Source: Guillardia theta CCMP2712
Lineage: Eukaryota; Protista; Cryptophyta
Assembly (NCBI RefSeq): GCF_000315625.1
Contig: NW_005434624.1
Location: 121,677 to 185,676 of the forward strand
Direction of reading: 5' to 3'
DNA: 64,000 bases
The translations under genes were made by a program, and so were the position numbers. The notes below the pieces were generated by a model that was not told the DNA's origin, searched no databases, and saw only the letters and a list, made by a program, of their open reading frames with translations. Shown here in pieces: positions 34,582 through 42,641 of the stretch; position 1 is the first letter of the stretch; each line of letters starts with the position of its first letter.

Positions 34582-36100
34582 ATGGCGACATCATCGCTAC
34601 TGTTGCTGCTCCTCGGGACCTGCGCCCCCTCCTGCTTGTGTTTCATCGCGTCAGGGACACAGAGATACAGCTCGTGTGTACTGATGCGTCGACATGCCGC
34701 ATGCACTGTCAGAAGCAGAAGGAGGTGAAGGAGGGTTCGCCCAAGTTGCCTGTGACCTCCTGCTGCAGCCATTCTGTAGCTAGTACTTGTCTGCAACTTG
34801 AGGCCTCAACCAAGGATGGATTCGATGATGACGTAAGCTTCTTTTCTATGATCCGTTTGCATCAATCGAAATCCTGGCAGGGGAGCAGAAATCGATACCA
34901 GCAGATGGAAGAATTCAACGAAGCAGCCTATTCCGAACTTAGGACGTTCTCTGCTGTCTCGACAGGTGATTACGGCAATCATGGACGTCTGTTGTCATTA
35001 TTTTATATGTCTGCTGACTCGAATGATCTTCTTGCACCGGGCAGGAGCTTCTCTAGATTCGGCCGATGAGAAGCCGCTACTACCAAACCCTGAGCTCTCT
35101 GCTCAACAGAGCATCGCAGCGGTACTGACAGCCATGAAGCTCAACAGCAAGACTGGCTGCAGGTTAGACTCCCTGCAGGTCTTTGTGTCGATTGGATGAC
35201 TCTAGCCTGTGATGGGACAGAGTATATCTCCGTTTCATGAGCGAGCATAACGCGCAGAGCAATTTGACGCCACAGGTCTGAATAGAGCTGTAAAGCTTAG
35301 CTAATGTCTTTGGTTTCATTAAGATCGTTGATGATCTTGTAGGAACTCGAAGATTTCCTGAAGATGTCGGGAGAGGTAAGTCACCGGCTTCTTCGTTGAG
35401 GGATGTGAGGGGGTAGGAGGCTTGGAAGCGGGGTGGATGTTAGGGCTGATGAGAATGAGGTTCAGTAGATATGTGGAGGATTCGTTGGACTGTCCATATT
35501 AGTCGTCTCCTCCTCTCTCGCCATTCTTTGATAGAGATGTTGAACACGGCAGATGCAAGTACTGCTCGGGAATTTCCGGTGAAGATCCCCATATAACGTT
35601 TGTCGAGCTCCCCGTTGGATAATGAAAGCATCTCAGCTCATTTCACTTTCCAACGCCGACGTTTGAGCAAGGTAGCCAACGGATTCTGAATTACATCTCA
35701 TCTCTCTCCGAATCTCCTTGTCTTTCTTCAGTCTGAGATCGTAATTCAGATGTCGACGGCTGCAGAATTGCTGTGCAGGAGGTGACCCTATCAGTTCCAG
35801 GTAGTACAGCCTGATGACGTAGATAACAGATCCTTATGGTTCATGTTTTCCATGCAGGTTTCCTTGCTGCAATGATGGGAGTCACACGTGGCTGGAGCTC
35901 CGTGGTATCTCGTTTGTTTTTGTTCTGTGTTGGATACAAGTTAGTGGTATCTCACTTGTTTTTGTTCTGTGTTTGATACAAGTTAGGGGTGTCGGTTTGC
36001 TCTGTGTTTGGTACAAGTTTGTGTCCTGATCAAGATTGCTGAACGAACCAGGCAAGGCTGAGGTGGCAAATGAGCCGAAACAAGATCTCAGACGGTAAAG
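34582..36100 (+). CDS. Hypothetical signal-peptide-bearing (probably plastid) protein, many short exons; end approximate
   Basis: MATSSLLLLLLGTCAPSCLCF.. then exons such as LLPNPELSAQQSIAAVLTAMKLN and VYLRFMSEHN; no secure family call. Confidence 0.45.
35902..36020. repeat. ~42-bp imperfect tandem repeat, 2-3 copies
   Basis: GTGGTATCTC..TTGTTCTGTGTT.GATACAAGTTA repeated. Confidence 0.75.
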
Positions 36101-36478
36101 GTTTTCGTTTCTATACTGTTTTATTGACAACATTGCTCAAAAGTCTGGCTGACGGACTCAATCGAAATCTTACCGAGATAAGCTTGAGGTACTCGATTGT
36201 AAACATTACTGCTAGAAGCCTTCCTTTACCGATATCAAACTTCCGTTATCTCGAATATCTCCTGTAAAGTTCTTGCATGTGCTGAAATCAATCTCAATCA
36301 TGAAGAACTTTTTCGTTTATACCAACTGCTTCGGCTGATGCATTCCCAAGTGAGTCCGATTATTCGTCTGGTATTCCAAATCGCATCGTACTCTGCCACT
36401 CTGCCTTCGCAAGGACAATACAACTCGCTGTCTCATCACTCTCGGTAGATGACGATCAGATCTCATTTCAACGATCAT

Positions 36479-37075
36479 TCACATCTCCTCAGAAAGAGCA
36501 TTTTGCTTGCTACTGCAAGAAAGTGTGAAGCTAATGTCCTCAACATCTTGGTCACTACAACCAAGGTACCAGGCTATTCATCCTTGTTGAAAATCCAAGC
36601 TGAAATCTTCGTCGGCATGTCTTGTGGTGGATTTGGCGGGAAAATGATGCGCTGCAATTTTACGAGAATGTGCTGGAGTGTTCTCTTTGTAATCTTCGAT
36701 GTATTCACTGCGAACTTCCACGTCCACGTTTGATGCTGCATCGAATAAGCTTTGGGATAAATGAGAGCGGCACTGCAGGGATCGTAAAGGCATGAAAGCC
36801 TTGATCCACTCGGCGTCTGCATCCGCTACGCTCTGCTGAGCTTCGTGCTCTCGGTCTGCCCTCCTCGTTGACCTCTGTCCTCGCTTGTACGGCCAGCGGG
36901 AGATGCCCAGGCGTCGGCAGGCAGACTTCAAGCTGGTGAGGGAGATGCCGAGGACGTGAGCAGCTTGATCCTGAGGGGTGTGGAAGAGAGGGGAGAGAGC
37001 CTGGAGGGAGAGGGAGACATGGGAGGGAGCAGAGGAGCCGGGGCGAGGCCGGGGAGCGATGGAGACTGAAGCCAT
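36479..37075 (-). CDS. RWP-RK type A copy 3; in-frame TGA at 36578-36580 truncates the conserved C-terminal motif (truncated allele, pseudogene or readthrough)
   Basis: ORF stops at QQG*, but the frame continues IAWYLGCSDQDVEDISFTLSCSSKQNALSEEM*, homologous to the copy 2 ending WLSWYLHCTDAEDVSFTI..VALS*. Confidence 0.88.
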
Positions 37076-37751
37076 GGCGGTGGTTGTGATGGTAGAAGCC
37101 GAGTGAAAAGATTACTGATAATACTCGATTTCAATGGGAGACTTCGTGAGTCATTCCAAAGGATCATGATCCACTTCTCGTTTACACCCGTCTTGCTTTG
37201 TAGTAAAGCTCAGCGTACAAAATCACGTTACCCTCATTTCGCAGTCATGGCTGTATTTTACATCTAGATCATGACATGTCATGGTTGCATCTGGAGAAAG
37301 ATCCTCTTTTTCCAAAATGACTATTTTCGATTGACTTTTTTGTCATCAAAGTGATCTCGTGGACCACTCTCGTCTCCCCCCCGTCCCCCCCCCCCCCTTT
37401 CCCCGCTAGAAAAAAGGGCACGTTGTCCACTCTTGAACAACTCAACTCCACCACACAACCACCGCCATGGCTTCAGTCTCCATCGCTCCCCGGCCTCGCC
37501 CCGGCTCCTCTGCTCCCTCCCATGTCTCCCTCTCCCTCCAGGCTCTCTCCCCTCTTTTCCACACCCCTCAGGATCAAGCTGCTCACGTCCTCGGCATCTC
37601 CCTCACCAGCTTGAAGTCTGCCTGCCGACGCCTGGGCATCTCCCGCTGGCCGTACAAGCGAGGACAGAGGTCAACGAGGAGGGCAGACCGAGAGCACGAA
37701 GCTCAGCAGAGCGTAGCGGATGCCGACGCCGAGTGGATCAAGGCTTTTATG
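36791..37751. repeat. Inverted repeat: ~298-bp arms (36791-37088 / 37454-37751), ~365-bp spacer
   Basis: The arms are the 5' halves of two divergent RWP-RK genes; about 3 mismatches by eye. Confidence 0.9.
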
Positions 37752-38132
37752 TCTGCCAGCAGGTTTCATGGCCTTCCAGTCTGTCCTGAGCAATCGAATA
37801 TTGACCAAGCTGAGGATATTCTCTATCACGAGCACACTTGTGAGGCATTGATGGGTGACGTGATAGATCAACGATTTATGCATGGACACATAGCTTGCAG
37901 TCAAGAGGGCATGGGCTGTCTTGAGCACATGTGGAGTAGCGCGAACGGAAATATTGAGTCCTATCCGTGCAAAGTTGAGGTTGCAGACGAAGCCGTGATC
38001 AAAGAGGAGAACGTGCTCATGACGCTCGATGAGAAAGAAGACTCCGTCTTGTCCGAGGACGACATCTGGCTGCGATGGTTTCAACCTGTAGAGGATGACG
38101 ACATTGCCAGAAGGAGTTTAGCGCTCGTGTGA
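37467..38132 (+). CDS. RWP-RK transcription factor, type A copy 4 (221 aa)
   Basis: Same head; tail ends DIWLRWFQPVEDDDI. Confidence 0.92.
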   Translation: MASVSIAPRPRPGSSAPSHVSLSLQALSPLFHTPQDQAAHVLGISLTSLKSACRRLGISRWPYKRGQRSTRRADREHEAQQSVADADAEWIKAFMSASRFHGLPVCPEQSNIDQAEDILYHEHTCEALMGDVIDQRFMHGHIACSQEGMGCLEHMWSSANGNIESYPCKVEVADEAVIKEENVLMTLDEKEDSVLSEDDIWLRWFQPVEDDDIARRSLALV

Positions 38133-38498
38133 ATGAATCGGAATTCTTTGATTCTTGCCAGTTGCAACTCAACCTTGCAACGCCTTGTTGTGTCAGCTCT
38201 GCAGTTCCTCCCTTCAATACCCTTCACTCCCCTTACCTCTCCCCTCACTGTTCACATGTCCAACAGAAGATCTTTCCGGGACTCTGTCAAAGATGTGAAG
38301 TGTGTTGTCCCAAAAAGTTCTCCAGACACGGAATATTGCACGACTGCTTCCTCTTGAAGCCTCCTCACAGGACGATGAGATGTAGGGAACTCAAACACAA
38401 GGAGGGGACGAGGGGGGCAGGCTTGGTCTCGAGCCCGCAGTCATGGTGGGCAGATGACTTCATTCTCTTCATGTACAACCATCAGCGCCAGGGCTTCT

Positions 38499-41328
38499 TC
38501 AGTGGGCATGTCCGCATCCACAGCCCGAGTCCGAGCTCATGCTGGAGCCTACCGCAACCTCCTGGCAAGCATGTCAGGTAAGACGAGCACATGGCATACA
38601 AGAGCTCAGTGAACTAACCACCAGGTCCTCCGAGACGGCGTCGTCCTCCACTACTTTACTTCCCTCCTTTGCTTGCTGCGCCCACATCGCCGCATATCGG
38701 CCATTGAGGCCAAGGAGCTCCGCATGAGGGCCCCTTTCCACTACCTTCCCCTGATGCATCACGATGATCTCATCGCAGTTCACGATCGAGCTCAGTCTGT
38801 GAGCAATCAGCAGCGTCGTCTTGCCTCGGCGCAGGTCTCGCAGGCGATCCATCATGTTGCTCTCCGTCTTCACGTCCAAGGCTGACGTGGCCTCGTCGCA
38901 GATCAGGATCGGCGCATCCTTCACTAACGCTCGTGCTAGGGCCACACGCTGCCTCTGACCCCCTGACAGCCTCTGCCCTCTGTCTCCTACCATGGAGTAG
39001 ATCCCATTGTTCATCTTCGCTATCACAGGCTGGAGCTGTGCAGATTCGGCGGCAGAAAGCGCCTCCTGCATCATCATACAGTCAGGCACGTGACGGGGAC
39101 AAGCAAGTTACAACGCAGACCTCTTCCGTGCAGCCGTACTTTCCGTAGGCGATGTTGTAGGCGATGTCCTCGTTGAAGAGCGAAGGGTCCTGATGCACGA
39201 GCGCCACATTGTCGCGCAGGCTCTGGAAGGTGACGTCTCGGACGTCCTGTCCGTCCACAATCACATCTCCCTCCTTGGCCGTGACAGTTCGAGTGAGGAG
39301 CCGGGTGAGCGTTGACTTGCCGCATCCGCTCTCTCCAACGACAGCAACGTAGCTTCCTCCGGGTATCTTGAGGTCCAGACCACACAGCACGTGCTCCTTG
39401 TGGCTCCTGCCCTTGTCCTCCTGTCCAGCATGATCAACGTAGCTGAAGTGAATGTTCTTGAACTCCACGTCGCCCCGACTCACAAGGAGAGGCTTTGCCG
39501 TCTCCCTATCATTCTCCTGGCTCGACTTGTCCTGTATGATGCGGAACATCTCCTTGGCGTCAACCATCCCCTGCATCAGGAACATGTAGTTGGCTCCCAG
39601 GTGGTCCAACGGGCCCATCAGCTGCAGGAGGAGAGTGTTGATCATGATCATCTCACCCACCGTCATGGTGCCTGACAGGACGCTGGATGCTGTCCGGAAG
39701 AGAAGGTAACCGGACCCCAACGCCTCGATGCACTTCTGGCCCCAGTTCAGCACAGCAAGGGAAATGGAGGACTTGAGCTGCGCCCTCTGGTAGTCCACGA
39801 TCTTCTCGTCGTACCGCAGGATCTCGTGGGACTGCCGGTTGTTCAGCGTCACTGCCTCGTAGTGCAGGAGCCCGTCGAGGAGGCGGTTGGTAGCCAAGTT
39901 GTCGGACTTGTTCATCTCCTCAAGGTAGTGCGCACGTTGCTGCACCGTCTGAATGGTGAAGGCACAGTACACAGCCACCGTCGCGAAGCAGACGAGCGCA
40001 AGCTCCGGTCCCGCCTTCCACCACACGATCGCCGAGACCAGCAGCAGCTCGATCGCCTGTGGGACAAGATGCAGGAGCAACCTTGACAGGACAGCGATGA
40101 TGGCACGCATCCCCCTCTCCATGGACCTTGTTAGCGCTCCCGTGTTGGACCCTGTGTGGAAGGAAAGCGGCATCCTGTACAGCGATGCGAGGGCCTCGCG
40201 GCCGAAGACACGTACCGCTGGCTGGACTGTCCTAGCAAACAGAACGTCGTTGGCAGACTGCAGGAACTGTGCAAAGATCTTGGAGACGGTATAAACTGCT
40301 ATCAGGAAGAAGGAGCCCTGGAAGACATTGAGAACGCCGTTGTCCACGAAGGGGAAGATGGAGCGGAACACAGGGGAAACACTGACAGCGCCTGTGCTGA
40401 CTGTATCGAGGACATACTGATACATGAAAGGGGTGCTCACTCGCACAAACTTTGCAAACAGGACGATAGCACAGCAGAAGACCACCGCAGTTTTGCCGCT
40501 CCCCTTCAAGAAAGACTTGTACATGCTGGCGACGATCTGCCAGTTGCCGATTTCCTTAGGATCCTTGAGTTTGACAGCGCGTTGGTCTGCAACCAGGGAT
40601 TGGGGTTCCGGTTTGTTCAGCATCGGAATTTCCAAGTTCCCTCTGCCTGGGGCAGACGCACTGTGGGAGTGGGAGTGGGAGTGGGAGTGGGAGTGGGAGT
40701 GGGAGTGGGAGTGGGAGTGGGAGTCGGTATGCTCGTGAGAATGATCGTGAGAATGATCGTGATCTGAGTGCGAATGAGCTCCGACGCTATGGGGGTCGCG
40801 GGTCGGCGCTGCGCTGCCATGGCTGTGCGAGTGCGAGTGTCCATGCGCAGAGGTGCAGGACCCGTCCTCGCACTCGTGCTCCTCGTGCATGACAATGACC
40901 ACATCCGAAGCTCTTGACAAAGTGGATGAGTTCGCTCCATGCAACCTGTGCTCGCTGCCCGCGGCCCCATCGAGATTCAGGTCACCATGTTGCTGCACGC
41001 CGGTGCTTCGGTGTTCGTGCACATGCCCTGATCCAGCACACATCTGTATGTCTCGGAGCAAGACCGTGCCGCATCTTCTGGAGTGGATCGTGGGAAGAGA
41101 TCGGAGGATTGACTGTCGAATACAAGCGCTTCCTCCGGGAACTTGTTGGCTGCCAAAGTTCTGTTTGCTGCTTACCTCTTGCCATGACGCGCCCAGCCGT
41201 CCATGGAAGAAGGAGCCGAATCCCAGAACGACTTTGCCTCTTCTGGAAAGATTCAAGGCATCTGATGGCAAGAGTGCAAGAAGGAACAGGGTTTGCCATA
41301 GCATGTGCCGGTTCCGTGCTGAAGCCAT
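38499..41328 (-). CDS. ABCB half-transporter, ATM1/HMT1-like, with signal peptide, His-rich N-region and C-terminal GCGCGHAH (3 exons)
   Basis: TMD with LSFH..TGALTRSMERG, DGLLHYEAV, LNWGQ; Walker A GESGCGKS; LFNEDIAYNIAYG; signature LSGGQRQR; Walker B ILICDEATSALD; IAHRLS. Final exon 38561-38499 after a GTTAGT..CAG intron reads EVAVGSSMSSDSGCGCGHAH*. Confidence 0.92.
40663..40724. repeat. (GTGGGA)10 coding microsatellite encoding (HS)n
   Basis: Direct reading, in frame with the ABC ORF. Confidence 0.95.
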
Positions 41329-41859
41329 GGCTAACGAACAGAAACAGTCAACCAACTTGCAGGCAAGTGAATCGATCAGTTCAGCTTGTCATCATCTATA
41401 GAAATCGAAAAGTCAGCAAACCCTCAACAAAAACTTCTTTGACGCGCATGGGGTGAGAGGACATGAAAAAGTGGTGGATGGGGCACGCATGAAGGGCAAG
41501 CTTTGGTTAGTTGCAGGCATCATACGGGAGCAAGCTCTGATCAGTCCTACTCATGACTCCGACAGTAATTCCTGGTCTTCAGACACTAGTCTCATCCACA
41601 CCTACTACACCTCTCGCCTCATTGTCATGACAGTTGTTACAAGTGCAAACAGAGGACTGCTCTATTCTTGAGTTCATCCATGACCGAATCATCATCAGCT
41701 GTTGAGAATTTTGCAACAGAGTGCAGCTTCGAAGCATCATCATCACTATCTCATGGTGAAACACGATCTCCGTGACATCGTGCTCTGCTTTCATGCCGCG
41801 TATCGCTGTACGGAGAGAAGCGGCCATGGGGAGCAAGCCGTCATGGAATGAAAAGGGGA

Positions 41860-42330
41860 AGTCCTTCGTAGGGTGGGTGACAAACACTTGATGGGATGGT
41901 AGGGTGGGGTTAAAAACCTCAAGGGGGAATGATTTCGAGTTGTGTAAACCAATTTGTGCCAACCTTGCAGTAAAGTTTTCAAATATTGCAATAAATTTCT
42001 AATACTGAAAAGTACAATTGCTCAGATGGCGGACAGCAGGGGGTAGGGTATTTTCGCAACAAGGGTAGGGCGGTGTACCGTGCAGTGTATGGGGTAGATC
42101 GATGGGCCGCTACATCCGTGATGGAGGGTGGTGCCCACAGGGGTACTGACAAGGACCCCCAATTATCCCATATGATGACAGGAAATGAAGGGGTACTTTT
42201 AGAAAATGTTTGGGTCAAGTGGGGTCACTGTTGATGGGACAAGGGGACAATGTGATAGGGTAGGGGTGGTGATTTCCAGTACAGTTGTCTCAAAGCGCAT
42301 GGGTCATAGCCAGGGGTGGGTACTTCAGTT
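41860..42330 (+). promoter_or_regulatory. GGGGTA-rich field upstream of the SLT gene
   Basis: Repeated GGGT(A/G), GGGTAC on the sense strand; role inferred. Confidence 0.4.
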
Positions 42331-42641
42331 GCTAGTTGTTGACACGGCCTTGCACGCAGACAGAAAGGGTCTTGGAACGGCGGGAAAAGGCGGGGCGGGC
42401 TCGCAAATTGCCGATGGATGGCGGGGTGCATCAAGCCGGCGAGAGCGCCATGGCTGAAGGAGAGGGGAGGAGGAAGTGAAGGGCGAGGAGCGGAGAGGAG
42501 AGGAGAGGACATAGTGGACTGATCCTGCTGCTGAAGGAGTGCTGTTAAGTGGTTCAGGTTGAGCTGAGCTCCCTTGACTGTCTGTTGCGATCAGTGCGAG
42601 TGGCGGTTCTCTGAAAGTAGGTGCTGGGAACAGGAGGCTCG

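Noticed and set aside
35902-36020. Short repeats considered as a possible CRISPR-like array (also 25593-25670)
   Set aside because: Tandem units without unique spacers, only 2-4 copies, eukaryotic context, no cas genes.
26780-38132. RWP-RK genes as part of an autonomous transposon, or a proven mating-type locus
   Set aside because: No transposase, RT or recombinase ORF, TIRs or TSDs seen; MID orthology cannot be established from the sequence alone.
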